A stretch of DNA of 53,762 nucleotides from positions 1-53,762 of IMG/VR virus record IMGVR_UViG_3300027710_000010; one strand, written 5' to 3'. The notes under the pieces were generated by a model. It saw only the letters and a program-made list of their open reading frames with translations. It was not told the origin of the DNA and did no database searches. This document shows, in pieces, positions 1-9,059 of this stretch (position 1 is the stretch's first letter; each line of letters starts with the position of its first letter). The DNA is from a virus. Taxonomy: Duplodnaviria; Heunggongvirae; Uroviricota; Caudoviricetes. A program made the translations under genes and the position numbers.

Positions 1-2
1 AC

Positions 3-161
3 AAAATATGGGTCAGCTCCTGCTTCGTTTGCCTGTGTAAGTACGCTACTGGCTAGCATCATATGACCTTTATGACCCATACCTCTACCCCAACCAACAA
101 CTGCACTTTTGTTTTCACCAGTGCGGTCTAAATTTTCTATTAATAATTCGCGTAATCTCAT
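3..161 (-). CDS. Partial (runs off window) HxGH/cytidylyltransferase-like nucleotidyltransferase
   Basis: Not in ORF track. My translation: MRLRELLIENLDRTGENKSAVVGWGRGMGHKGHMMLASSVLTQANEAGADPYF. The GRGMGHKGH segment follows a hydrophobic strand, as in HIGH/HxGH Rossmann nucleotidyltransferases. ATG overlaps the upstream TAA (TAATG). Confidence 0.7.
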   Translation of the reverse strand, partial: MRLRELLIENLDRTGENKSAVVGWGRGMGHKGHMMLASSVLTQANEAGADPYF

Positions 162-1300
162 TAGTCTTTCCTTGGAGCCCAATTACCCTGGTCAATCGTT
201 TTAACAAACTGCCCTGGTAAGTCACGTTTAAATTCACCGCCCGGATGTGCTTGTACATAACCCTCTGGCTTTGTTTGTTTAATACCGCCGTGTGTTCCGG
301 CATTAAGAGAAGCAATAACTTTCATCTTTGCCTTAGTTAACATTTCTACTGCGTCTAGTACAACATTAAGGCCTGGATGGGTTAGAATCTTTTCTGCTTT
401 TCCACCAGTTGGGAATTCAGTTTTAACCCAATTCTCAAATTGACTCTTGACACCTTCAATGCGTAAGTTCTGATTATAAAACTTATACATCACATCGCCA
501 GGTTTAGTTAACCCTGGGACGCCAGCAATAAAGCTATCAATGACTTGGGCGTTTTGTTCTATATATTGTTCTGCCTGATCTAACTCTGTTTGATCAAATT
601 CTATTGGTTCCTGTACATAAGTTGTGCCTTGCACAATAACATCTTCAGTACTTAACTGTTCTGCATTTGGATAACGAGACTCTGTCGGATCTGCTAGGCT
701 ACTATAGTAACCAGTAGCCGCAACCATAAGTTTTGCATAGCCAATCTTTCCACCTAACTCACTATTCACTGGAATATGGAAGGTAGTAATGTTTGGAGTA
801 AAATCATATGTGTTAGTTGCTTTGTTTACAATTGGCATCTTGCCAGGATAGAATAATAAGCCGCCTTCAATAAATCCTTTTTCAGGACTAATGCTTTCAA
901 AATACTGCCAAAGATCTGCTAATTGTTTTGCATAACTTTGACGTTGTTTTTCTTTTCCAGGTTCTGCTTTGCCTGTATTAATAATAAAATTTTCAATATC
1001 AGCTGGACTTAGCATCAGTGTACTAACACCGTTAGTTGTTTCTTTTTTGCCACGCTTTAAATAGTCCCAGGCATTTTTTGGAATAAGCATGAATCTATCT
1101 TCAGCATCTCTGCCCCAGTACACAACAGGACTACCATCCCATTTTAATTCAATACTTCCGCCTTGTTGGCTCATCTTACGCATACGCTCAACGGCATGCA
1201 AGCCACCAGTACTACCGTTAGTGAATACTAAATCTTCAATGTGTTGATATTTGCGACCTACTGCTGGAGCTGCCGCTTCAAATAGTTCTCTTAATCTCAC
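161..1300 (-). CDS. DUF6267-like protein with RNA ligase/capping-type nucleotidyltransferase motifs
   Basis: KWDG (motif I), FIEGG (III), EGYV (IV), VKT (V). Start moved from 1330 to GTG at 1300, which has AAGGA upstream and a GTGA overlap with the upstream stop. Confidence 0.65.
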   Translation of the reverse strand: MRLRELFEAAAPAVGRKYQHIEDLVFTNGSTGGLHAVERMRKMSQQGGSIELKWDGSPVVYWGRDAEDRFMLIPKNAWDYLKRGKKETTNGVSTLMLSPADIENFIINTGKAEPGKEKQRQSYAKQLADLWQYFESISPEKGFIEGGLLFYPGKMPIVNKATNTYDFTPNITTFHIPVNSELGGKIGYAKLMVAATGYYSSLADPTESRYPNAEQLSTEDVIVQGTTYVQEPIEFDQTELDQAEQYIEQNAQVIDSFIAGVPGLTKPGDVMYKFYNQNLRIEGVKSQFENWVKTEFPTGGKAEKILTHPGLNVVLDAVEMLTKAKMKVIASLNAGTHGGIKQTKPEGYVQAHPGGEFKRDLPGQFVKTIDQGNWAPRKD

Positions 1301-2064
1301 GACAACATCCTTTTCATGCGACTGAACCATTCGTTAGTTCCGACGGTTGGTGTTGCAGCCTGCCAACTTGACGATGCTTTCGCTTTGTCAAAAATCTCAT
1401 TGCGGGTTGCTTCGTTTGGAATAGCGGCAAGTATTGATTCAACACTGCCTAAACTATCTGCATTAGCACCCCTGCCTAACAAATATTGTGCGATCTCATC
1501 TAAGTCATCACTTAAAAAGTCTGCTTTCTTACCATTCTCATCACGCTTATACAGTCCTTCATCTGGACTCCATAACAACCCTTGACTAGTAGCCAAGGTA
1601 TTCATCATCATTTGTTTGTTGACGCCTTTATACGGACTACCTGCAGGAATTTTATGTCTGTGAAATGCGGCAACTTTTTCTGCTTTGCGTACTACTTTAA
1701 TATCTACTTGATGAAACTTATCTTGGAACGGCAACAGTATGTGTACTGTTACACCTGCTTTGTATGTTTTAATGCCTTTGGATTGCAAATAATCGTCAAG
1801 TGCTTGTCTAGCGGCTTTATCTTCGTCTGCAAGTTTTTTCATCTTAGGAATATCAAAAAACTTTTTAACTAAATCCATGTCAGTCATGACGTCTAAGTCA
1901 CCACTCATTTTACCCGGAGTTGGTGTGGCAGCACTGCCAATTACGTGTACTTTTAATCCTGTACCTTGCAATAGCTTATCAGTAGCTTGATCTAAATCTG
2001 GTGCAATGCCCTGGTCAAATGGTTCTGACTCTGGCCAAATGTTACCGCCTTCGTTTAATATCAT
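1297..2064 (-). CDS. Pol-beta superfamily nucleotidyltransferase
   Basis: hGS-x10-DhD signature (IGSAATPTPGKMSGDLDV) plus a third acidic residue in HQVDIK; 255 aa. Confidence 0.7.
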   Translation of the reverse strand: MILNEGGNIWPESEPFDQGIAPDLDQATDKLLQGTGLKVHVIGSAATPTPGKMSGDLDVMTDMDLVKKFFDIPKMKKLADEDKAARQALDDYLQSKGIKTYKAGVTVHILLPFQDKFHQVDIKVVRKAEKVAAFHRHKIPAGSPYKGVNKQMMMNTLATSQGLLWSPDEGLYKRDENGKKADFLSDDLDEIAQYLLGRGANADSLGSVESILAAIPNEATRNEIFDKAKASSSWQAATPTVGTNEWFSRMKRMLS

Positions 2065-2459
2065 TTGTATAGTCCTTCACGCATATTTTTTAATTCTTCT
2101 TCGTGTATAGCTTTGCAAATTTCTTCAACCATTTCTTTATCTAACTCATCCCTAAGTTCACGCAATGGAAATTCATGTTGATACATTTTATATGCTTTTA
2201 CAACAGTTGGCTGAAACACTCTATGACTAAAAGATTGACCGTTGTCAAACTGTTTTCTGCATAGATTTAATACTGGAAAGAAACTTTTACGATAAAAGTC
2301 ATCGTTATGATGCATGAAGTAAATTAAGTCTTCAGCAAGGTCAAACGTGTATTCATCGTTTTCATTGCTGTCTTTTGATGGATCCTTATTGAACCCAACT
2401 TTGTTAATGCCTAATTCACTATCTAGCTTTTCTTTGTCAAAGATTTCTGTTATTTTCAT
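2061..2459 (-). CDS. Hypothetical protein, first gene of a late operon
   Basis: 132-aa ORF downstream of a GATAAATA motif; ATGA overlap with the next gene. Confidence 0.8.
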   Translation of the reverse strand: MKITEIFDKEKLDSELGINKVGFNKDPSKDSNENDEYTFDLAEDLIYFMHHNDDFYRKSFFPVLNLCRKQFDNGQSFSHRVFQPTVVKAYKMYQHEFPLRELRDELDKEMVEEICKAIHEEELKNMREGLYK

Positions 2460-2507
2460 TTTACCTGCCCTATAAGACTAATGGCAGTTGCACCAGTCCC
2501 GATCTAA

Positions 2508-2515
2508 TATTTATC
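2508..2515 (-). promoter_or_regulatory. T4-late-like promoter GATAAATA
   Basis: Intergenic TAAATA core upstream of 2459; the same core recurs before many structural genes. Confidence 0.6.
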
Positions 2516-2543
2516 GATATTAGTTTTTAAGGAGATAGATTGC

Positions 2544-3206
2544 TTAGACGGGTAATTCGTTAATAACGCGGTCGATTCTGCCGATTTCGGAGCCTAAAAA
2601 CATCTTAACCATGGTAAGACACTTTTCGTCCTTTACATAGAAGTAGCAACCACCCCAACTGCGATCTCGACCTAGATCACGTATAGCGGCATTGGTCATC
2701 TTTACTTTAGTATTATTTTCAGTCCATGCTATAAAACTAGCATAACTGTGTCTTGTTCTCCCCATAGTTACACGGAATCCGTAATTAATTTTAGGGAGAT
2801 AAACTGTATTTTTTTCTAATTTAGGTTGTAAAGCTGTACCAGGCTGACTTACATACTTTGTACGATTTACATCTACATTGCTCAGTGTAACAATGTCATT
2901 AAAATTGTTAGAGTAAAATGACAACAACGGATGTTCTACCCTAATGTCAAATCCAGTACGTTTTGACAATACTGATTCTAGTTGTAGACAGTAGTCTAAA
3001 TCTTGTTGTGTTTTTAATTTACTCCACAAGGGAGTGTCCAGCGGTAACTTTTTGCTATCAATTAGCAATAACTTTTCTTTAGCAAAATCTAAATTAACAC
3101 CTCTGAACCAGCTGGCAACAGGACATACCAGTACTGCCTTGTACTGGTATTTGTCCATAAACAGACGTTTAGTTGTTTTGACTAGAATCTTGGGGTTCAG
3201 TTTCAT
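2544..3206 (-). CDS. Hypothetical protein
   Basis: 220-aa ORF overlapping the clpA 3' end. Confidence 0.75.
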   Translation of the reverse strand: MKLNPKILVKTTKRLFMDKYQYKAVLVCPVASWFRGVNLDFAKEKLLLIDSKKLPLDTPLWSKLKTQQDLDYCLQLESVLSKRTGFDIRVEHPLLSFYSNNFNDIVTLSNVDVNRTKYVSQPGTALQPKLEKNTVYLPKINYGFRVTMGRTRHSYASFIAWTENNTKVKMTNAAIRDLGRDRSWGGCYFYVKDEKCLTMVKMFLGSEIGRIDRVINELPV

Positions 3207-5436
3207 TCTCTACCAATGTGACTTTGGGTGCTTTTACTTTCTTAGTTAGCACGACATTGTCCCCGTCTGTGGTAATATTGAGCATGCCGCCGTCCTTTAG
3301 TTCTCCAAACAACATCATTTTACTCAATGGACGTTTAATTAGTTGATCAATAGTACGTTGCAACGGACGTGCGCCCATTTTACTATCAAACCCTTTCTTA
3401 ATTAACAAGTCAATTGCATCGTTAGTAATCTTAATCTTAATGCCTTTTTCTTTAACTTGGTCACTAAGTTCACTAATAAATTTACCAACAATTTTAGTCA
3501 TTGTTTCTTTAGCAAGTTTCTTAAATGTTACAATAGCATCTAAACGATTACGGAATTCAGGAGCAAAGAATTTCTTAAGTTCCTTATCTTCATACTCGTT
3601 TTCTTGTGCGCCAAATCCAATCTTATTTTTCTCTGCGGCACTTGCTCCCGCATTTGTTGTGAGAATAAGAACAATATTTCGGCAGTCTGCTTTTTTACCA
3701 TTACTACCAGTAACAAATCCATTGTCCATAAGTTGCAACAGGATAGTGCTGACATCTGGATGTGACTTTTCAACTTCGTCAAACAACAGAACGCAATTAG
3801 GATTTTCTTGAATCTGTGTAATCAACAAGCCTGCATTTTCTTCAAAGCCAACATAACCTGGAGGGCTACCAATTAGCTTACTTAGACTGTGTTTTTCTTG
3901 ATACTCTGACATATCAAAACGCAACAGCTTAACACCTAAATTCTTAGCCAGTGCTTTAGCAGTTTCTGTTTTACCACAACCTGTTGGGCCCATAAACACA
4001 AAACTACCGATCGGCTTGTTTTCTGATTTTAGCCCTGCTCGAGCAACAAGAATTTTGTCCACTACTTCTGTAATAGCGTTATCTTGTCCGTAAACTTCTA
4101 ACTGTAGCTGACTTTCTAAATTAGCCAAGTTACTGCTTTCAGTTTCTGCAATAGCTTCAGCAGGCATTTGTACCATCTGTGCTAGTTCATATTGCACTTC
4201 GCTTTCACCTACGACACGTTCGTCTACCAGTTTGATGTTAAAGCGTGAGCAAGCACAATCAATTAAGTCGATTGCTTTATCTGGCAATTTTTTATCACTT
4301 TGATATTTCACACTTAGTTTAACTGCGGCACTTAATGCTTCATCTAAAATTTTAACTTTATGATGTGTCTCATAATACTTCTTAAGACCTTTTAGAATTT
4401 GCAATGCTACTTCTGGAGTAGGCTCATCAACAGTAATGCGTTGGAAACGACGCATCAATGCACGGTCTTTTTCAAAGTACTTACGATATTCATCCCAAGT
4501 AGTCGACGCAACAACTTTGATATTGCCCTTGCCTAGTGCAGGCTTCATCATGTTAGCAAGGTCGTTTGCACTGTTGCCTGCACTACCTGCACCGCTAATC
4601 ATATGTGCCTCGTCGATGAACAGGATAGTTTTACCTTTTTTCTCTAGACCTTTAAGAACTGATTTAAATCGTTCTTCAAAGTCTCCTCGATACTTACTGC
4701 CAGCCAGCATACTACTAATGTCTAAGTTGAATACTTGATAATCTTTTAGGAATTCAGGTACTGCGCCCTTAACAATATTAAATGCAAGACCCTCAGCAAT
4801 AGCAGTCTTACCAACGCCCGGCTCGCCTACAAGCATTACGTTATTTTTATTTCTACGTCCCATTGCAAGTGCAATGTTCTCCAACTCACTTATACGACCG
4901 ATAACAGGATCAATCTTATTCTTCTTAACTGCGTCATTAAGGTTAGTTGTAAATGCTTTTAACGCACGTTCGCTTTGTGTATCAGGCACTTCTTCTTCAC
5001 CGCTTTCAATTTCGTTATTCAAATAATCTGCAAACTTGTCCTTGTCAATTTCTGCTTGCTGGATATAGTACAATGCCCAACTACGTTTCTCGCTCATAAT
5101 TGCAAGGAACACATCTGTTGGTTCAATCTGTTGACGACCATTGAATAGCACTTGTGTAAATGCTCGATTAAGAACACGCTCAACTGCTTGAGTTTTCTTT
5201 GGTTTAGAAACATTAGTGACTACGATATCGCTAAGTTTTGTCTTTAGATAATGTTCTAAATTCTTTTTAATGTAGTCTGGATCTGCTCCATACCCATGAA
5301 CACATTTAGAAAAACTATCTTCGCATAGCATAGCAAAAAGCAAATGCTCGATAGTCAAATATTCATGTTGTAGTTTTTTGGCTACGTCAATAGCTTTTTC
5401 AAATACTAGTTTTAGATTTTCGCTGGGTTCTACCAT
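3169..5436 (-). CDS. clpA: ClpA-type AAA+ unfoldase (Clp protease ATP-binding subunit)
   Basis: Clp-N domain (EHLLFAML), two Walker A motifs (GEPGVGKT, GPTGCGKT), IDEAH and FDEVEK Walker B motifs, IGF ClpP-docking loop, GARPL; 755 aa with no long M-domain. Confidence 0.93.
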   Translation of the reverse strand: MVEPSENLKLVFEKAIDVAKKLQHEYLTIEHLLFAMLCEDSFSKCVHGYGADPDYIKKNLEHYLKTKLSDIVVTNVSKPKKTQAVERVLNRAFTQVLFNGRQQIEPTDVFLAIMSEKRSWALYYIQQAEIDKDKFADYLNNEIESGEEEVPDTQSERALKAFTTNLNDAVKKNKIDPVIGRISELENIALAMGRRNKNNVMLVGEPGVGKTAIAEGLAFNIVKGAVPEFLKDYQVFNLDISSMLAGSKYRGDFEERFKSVLKGLEKKGKTILFIDEAHMISGAGSAGNSANDLANMMKPALGKGNIKVVASTTWDEYRKYFEKDRALMRRFQRITVDEPTPEVALQILKGLKKYYETHHKVKILDEALSAAVKLSVKYQSDKKLPDKAIDLIDCACSRFNIKLVDERVVGESEVQYELAQMVQMPAEAIAETESSNLANLESQLQLEVYGQDNAITEVVDKILVARAGLKSENKPIGSFVFMGPTGCGKTETAKALAKNLGVKLLRFDMSEYQEKHSLSKLIGSPPGYVGFEENAGLLITQIQENPNCVLLFDEVEKSHPDVSTILLQLMDNGFVTGSNGKKADCRNIVLILTTNAGASAAEKNKIGFGAQENEYEDKELKKFFAPEFRNRLDAIVTFKKLAKETMTKIVGKFISELSDQVKEKGIKIKITNDAIDLLIKKGFDSKMGARPLQRTIDQLIKRPLSKMMLFGELKDGGMLNITTDGDNVVLTKKVKAPKVTLVENETEPQDSSQNN

Positions 5437-5465
5437 GTTGTCCTCTATGTGGAGTTAGTTTTTAT

Positions 5466-5493
5466 ATTTTACAGTAATCTATAGAAATGTCAA
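5466..5493 (-). promoter_or_regulatory. sigma70-type promoter TTGACA-N16-TAAAAT for clpA
   Basis: Read on the minus strand upstream of the GAGGA RBS and ATG 5436. Confidence 0.55.
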
Positions 5494-6335
5494 GAGTTAG
5501 AATTGAATTCGTTACGAATATTTTCTAATTTCTCTTTGATTTCTTCATTTGTAATAGCAGGCACGTTGATGTGAACGATGATAACAAAGTTGCCTGCCTT
5601 ACGTGTTCTTGAATTTTGAAAGCCCATTCCTGATGCGGCATATTCACCACCGTGACTAATGCCTGGTCGAACTTTGATTTGAATGTTTTTATCATCGATA
5701 GTGCTTACCTTTTTAGTACAGCCTAGCATTGCTTCAAATGCATCAATTTCTAAAACTGTACAAACATCATCACCACGACGTTCAAACTTATTGTCTGGTT
5801 CCACAATAACATTAACATTCAAATTACCGCGTTGTATATTAGGAAAGCTGTCGTCACCGAGCCCGTTATATCGAATGGTTTGACCATGCTCGATTCCAGG
5901 CGGTATTGTGATGTTTACAATTTGGCGCTTGTTTGATGGCAAAGTATATGTTGCTTCTAATTCTTTACCTATAAAACTATCTTTCAAACTAATACTAACA
6001 CGTAAACTTAAATCTCTGTTTTTACGCATCATGTGTTCATGTGCCGCAAATCCTGGACCAAACCTAAATATATTACCAAATATATTTTGTAAATCATCCA
6101 TATTCTGATAATTACCAAAGTCAAAGTTAGACGGACCACCGCCCATAAGTTGTTGGTCATACTGAGCACGTTTACTTGGATCACCCAACGTGTCGTATGC
6201 TACTGAGATTTCTTTGAATTTGTCAGAATCGCCACCTTTGTCGGGATGGTGTTTCATTGCCAGTTTACGATATGCTTTTTTGATATCGTCTTGGCTGGAA
6301 GTCTGTTCGACTCCGAGAATAGAATAATAGGTCAT
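5490..6335 (-). CDS. dnaJ: DnaJ/CbpA-type (type II) J-domain co-chaperone
   Basis: J-domain with HPD (KHHPDKGG), G/F-rich linker, DnaJ C-terminal domain, no zinc finger. ATG at 6335. Confidence 0.92.
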   Translation of the reverse strand: MTYYSILGVEQTSSQDDIKKAYRKLAMKHHPDKGGDSDKFKEISVAYDTLGDPSKRAQYDQQLMGGGPSNFDFGNYQNMDDLQNIFGNIFRFGPGFAAHEHMMRKNRDLSLRVSISLKDSFIGKELEATYTLPSNKRQIVNITIPPGIEHGQTIRYNGLGDDSFPNIQRGNLNVNVIVEPDNKFERRGDDVCTVLEIDAFEAMLGCTKKVSTIDDKNIQIKVRPGISHGGEYAASGMGFQNSRTRKAGNFVIIVHINVPAITNEEIKEKLENIRNEFNSNS

Positions 6336-6343
6336 CAATAGTA

Positions 6344-6372
6344 ATTATACTACATGATGACCCATCTGTCAA
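6344..6372 (-). promoter_or_regulatory. sigma70-type promoter TTGACA-N17-TATAAT
   Basis: Perfect consensus; the -10 box ends 8 nt before the dnaJ ATG. Confidence 0.8.
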
Positions 6373-6381
6373 CTAACTGGA

Positions 6382-6939
6382 TTAGATTTGTGGACGTTTA
6401 ATGCCCATTGTTGTCCCAGTTGGTTCAGCTGCCGTATCCGATAAAGCAAAAGTGCTTGTTGGAGTAGATGGTGTACTTACTGCTGGTTGACTTGCAACCG
6501 CTGGCGTTCCAAATCCTGCACTGCTACCAAAGCCGCTTGATGCTGGAGTTGTAGTTGGGGAGCCAAAGCTACTTGCTGGTGCACCGAATCCTGTTGAAGG
6601 TGTGCTAGGTGCTGTAAACCCGCCCGATGATCCTGTTGTTGGTGTTGTTGCTCCGCCATTGTTTGCTCCGCCTAATTTTTCTTGTGTACGACCAAATGCC
6701 GCAATACCTAACACTGCACCCATTGCGATGTGGAATAAACCAGCACCTTGTAATGTTAGAGGATTCCATTGTGTAATTGGTGCGTGTGTCATAGTCTGTA
6801 ATAGACTCCATAAGACTGGAAATATAACCATGTCCATGGTACATACTAACATATACATCCACCCCATCATTGGACGCCATTTGCTATTCATCCAATCTTC
6901 TTTTTTTGTTTCGCTTACGCTTTTTACTTCTTCGCTCAT
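6382..6939 (-). CDS. Membrane protein, probable holin (GTA-type 3TM-holin-like)
   Basis: KWRPMMGW motif, two hydrophobic segments, long S/T/G/P low-complexity tail; adjacent to lysin and spanin genes. Confidence 0.5.
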   Translation of the reverse strand: MSEEVKSVSETKKEDWMNSKWRPMMGWMYMLVCTMDMVIFPVLWSLLQTMTHAPITQWNPLTLQGAGLFHIAMGAVLGIAAFGRTQEKLGGANNGGATTPTTGSSGGFTAPSTPSTGFGAPASSFGSPTTTPASSGFGSSAGFGTPAVASQPAVSTPSTPTSTFALSDTAAEPTGTTMGIKRPQI

Positions 6940-6949
6940 TTTCCGCTCC

Positions 6950-6957
6950 TATTTATT
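6950..6957 (-). promoter_or_regulatory. T4-late-like promoter AATAAATA
   Basis: TAAATA immediately followed by the GGAG RBS of 6939. Confidence 0.5.
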
Positions 6958-6959
6958 TG

Positions 6960-7076
6960 TTACTTCTTTGCAATCATAGTTTGAATCTTTTCCTGAATAA
7001 TCTTAGCCCAAAATGGCTGTGGGAAATTCCAACCTACAAATGCTCCTACCGCTACCCAAAATAATGTATCTAACAT
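6960..7076 (-). CDS. Small membrane protein (38 aa), not in ORF track
   Basis: MLDTLFWVAVGAFVGWNFPQPFWAKIIQEKIQTMIAKK, with AGGAGA RBS 5 nt upstream; fills the gap exactly. Confidence 0.75.
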   Translation of the reverse strand: MLDTLFWVAVGAFVGWNFPQPFWAKIIQEKIQTMIAKK

Positions 7077-7096
7077 AACTTTCTCCTATTTAATTT

Positions 7097-7660
7097 TTAA
7101 AAAAACAAAAACAAGCCGTTGGCCGATAATAAAATACCAAACCCTGCTACCACAAAGCTACCCCAAAACATGGCCATACTAACTGCAAGAATACTTGCTG
7201 ATAATACAACAATGGCTAATTGGTATGCTGTACTTGCATATCCAATCCATGGACTACCTTTTTTTGCTTCTTCACGAACACGTTCCATTTCTCTTGCTGT
7301 GACTGAAATTTCTTTCTTATCTGCATCCATGCGATCCGCTTCTGCTTTAAATTCTTTCTTTAATACAGGATCGCTTGTTGTTTTAGATGCAATTTCATAA
7401 CTGACTAAACGGTTGTTCTTTGCTTGGTATTGCGCCCACATGTTGTTAGCGCCTAGTGTGTTGTTTAATACTGTGCTAGATAGTTTACCGCCATACCATG
7501 CGTTAACTGCCAACAGTAATGCAAATACGGAAATTACCATACCTGCTTTGTCTTTGATCTTTGCTTCACGCTCGCTACGTGAACCTGCTACCGGCTTGGG
7601 TGCATCTGGATCTTTTTGTTCTTTAGTGATTAATTTTAAAATTGTATCGTGTAATGCCAT
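7097..7660 (-). CDS. DUF4337-like inner-membrane protein
   Basis: N-terminal TM, WAQYQAK motif, coiled middle region, two C-terminal TMs; AAGGAG RBS. Confidence 0.6.
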   Translation of the reverse strand: MALHDTILKLITKEQKDPDAPKPVAGSRSEREAKIKDKAGMVISVFALLLAVNAWYGGKLSSTVLNNTLGANNMWAQYQAKNNRLVSYEIASKTTSDPVLKKEFKAEADRMDADKKEISVTAREMERVREEAKKGSPWIGYASTAYQLAIVVLSASILAVSMAMFWGSFVVAGFGILLSANGLFLFF

Positions 7661-7679
7661 TTGTTTCGCTCCTTCATGT

Positions 7680-7687
7680 TATTTACT
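7680..7687 (-). promoter_or_regulatory. T4-late-like promoter AGTAAATA
   Basis: TAAATA upstream of the AAGGAG RBS of 7660. Confidence 0.55.
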
Positions 7688-8441
7688 AACGACTTGCTAT
7701 TTTTGTCGGTTGCGGCTTTGGTGTCGCGGCCTGACCTGGTTTCTTAGGTTGTGCTTGTGCTAACTGTTGTTTTTGCTGTTGTGTTGCAGCCAAACGTTCT
7801 TTAGATTTAAGGCCAGCAGGATTAACAACCTTAGTAGCTTGTTTGGATGTTTTGCCCTTGCCTACTTTCATTTTAAAATATGCAATGGACGCCAGCGCGG
7901 CTTCCTTAGGATTAACTGAAAGTAGTGTTGGGTTGTCAATATAAATGCTTGGATTTTCTGGATGAACAGCCGCCCCAATTTTAGCATATAATTCTCTGCC
8001 AGTAATATGTATAAATCCTCGGCCTCTGTATTTCCAGCCATCTCCGCTCTTTTCATCACCGTTGCCATTTTTATTTGCTAATGCTCTATTAGCAAGGGCA
8101 ACTGGATTACCTACATACGGTGTTGCTTCTGCAGGTGTTTTGAAATTACTAGTGAATACTTTATAAATCCTTTGAGGATCAGTATAATTAAACTTTTCAG
8201 AAGCCGCTGTCCAGTTTGCTGTTTCAACTTGACATTGTCCTAAAAAACTAGACAAGTCGTTAGCTGTCTTTAATCCTTTTGCTTTGGCTAAGGATACTAG
8301 TGTTTCTTTATGTTGCGCCGGATTAAATGCTTGAGGTTCGTTAACTGCTATTTTAGGAATAACAGGTACAGGTGTTGGAGCTATCTGTGTAGGTTGAATA
8401 GCGGGTTTAGGTGCCCCGCCAAATAGTTCCCTTAAAATCAT
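7686..8441 (-). CDS. Glycoside hydrolase family 19 lysozyme/chitinase-like peptidoglycan hydrolase
   Basis: FLGQCQVET and GDGWKYRGRGFIHITGRELY match GH19 signatures. Confidence 0.85.
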   Translation of the reverse strand: MILRELFGGAPKPAIQPTQIAPTPVPVIPKIAVNEPQAFNPAQHKETLVSLAKAKGLKTANDLSSFLGQCQVETANWTAASEKFNYTDPQRIYKVFTSNFKTPAEATPYVGNPVALANRALANKNGNGDEKSGDGWKYRGRGFIHITGRELYAKIGAAVHPENPSIYIDNPTLLSVNPKEAALASIAYFKMKVGKGKTSKQATKVVNPAGLKSKERLAATQQQKQQLAQAQPKKPGQAATPKPQPTKIASR

Positions 8442-9058
8442 TTAACGCTTTCAAAAATTTTCTTTTGCTCTTTATACCACTCTTGCCACGCTTTTAATTT
8501 TTCTGCGTTTTCATGGCAGGCGCCGTAATTTTCGACGACTCGGTCGAGGAGACGACTGGCTTCAACTCCGCTGGGGGTTCCATCAGTTGCTTCGGCACGT
8601 CCGGCCACTTCATTACGACTGGCGCTGTCGTGCAAGCTGACAGTAGACTTAGGCAAAGTACACTGAGCATCAAGTTGCTTGCCAGCAACTTCTTTAATGA
8701 TTTCTCTATTGACATAAACGTTTTCCTTAATAACTTTTATTTTAGTTACTATCTTTTCTTCTATTACTGTATTAACTTGTTGACTTTTTTCTTCAGCTAC
8801 TCGTACCTTTTCTTCAAGGTCTTTTACTTTTTGTCTCCAAGCCATTTCTGTTCCATATCCGCCAAACATATAGGAACCGATAACCAACATTAATACACCT
8901 ACCAGTTCAGCAGGTAATTTATATTGACTTATAACTGGAATCCATGCAGTTAACTTGCTTACAACGTATAGTGTAAAGCCTGCACCTGCAATAAAATAGG
9001 TAATCCAAATAAGCAAACTATCTGGGATAAGACTCAACATCCATCCAAATTGCCACAT
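8438..9058 (-). CDS. Rz: Inner-membrane spanin (Rz-like)
   Basis: N-terminal TM segments, periplasmic coiled coil, two Cys, C-terminal NYGACHEN...WQEWY; contains a nested lipoprotein ORF. Confidence 0.7.
   Translation of the reverse strand: MWQFGWMLSLIPDSLLIWITYFIAGAGFTLYVVSKLTAWIPVISQYKLPAELVGVLMLVIGSYMFGGYGTEMAWRQKVKDLEEKVRVAEEKSQQVNTVIEEKIVTKIKVIKENVYVNREIIKEVAGKQLDAQCTLPKSTVSLHDSASRNEVAGRAEATDGTPSGVEASRLLDRVVENYGACHENAEKLKAWQEWYKEQKKIFESVK
8494..8715 (-). CDS. Rz1: Outer-membrane spanin lipoprotein (Rz1-like), embedded in the +1 frame of Rz
   Basis: KK plus hydrophobic core plus lipobox LLSA-C; Pro-rich mature part; own AAGGA RBS 9 nt before ATG 8715. Confidence 0.75.
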   Translation of the reverse strand: MSIEKSLKKLLASNLMLSVLCLSLLSACTTAPVVMKWPDVPKQLMEPPAELKPVVSSTESSKITAPAMKTQKN

Positions 9059-9059
9059 A

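Noticed and set aside
2504-2523. CTAATAT/ATATTAG hairpin around the late promoter as an RBS lock
   Set aside because: AT-only stem about 45 nt from the start codon; it does not cover the RBS.
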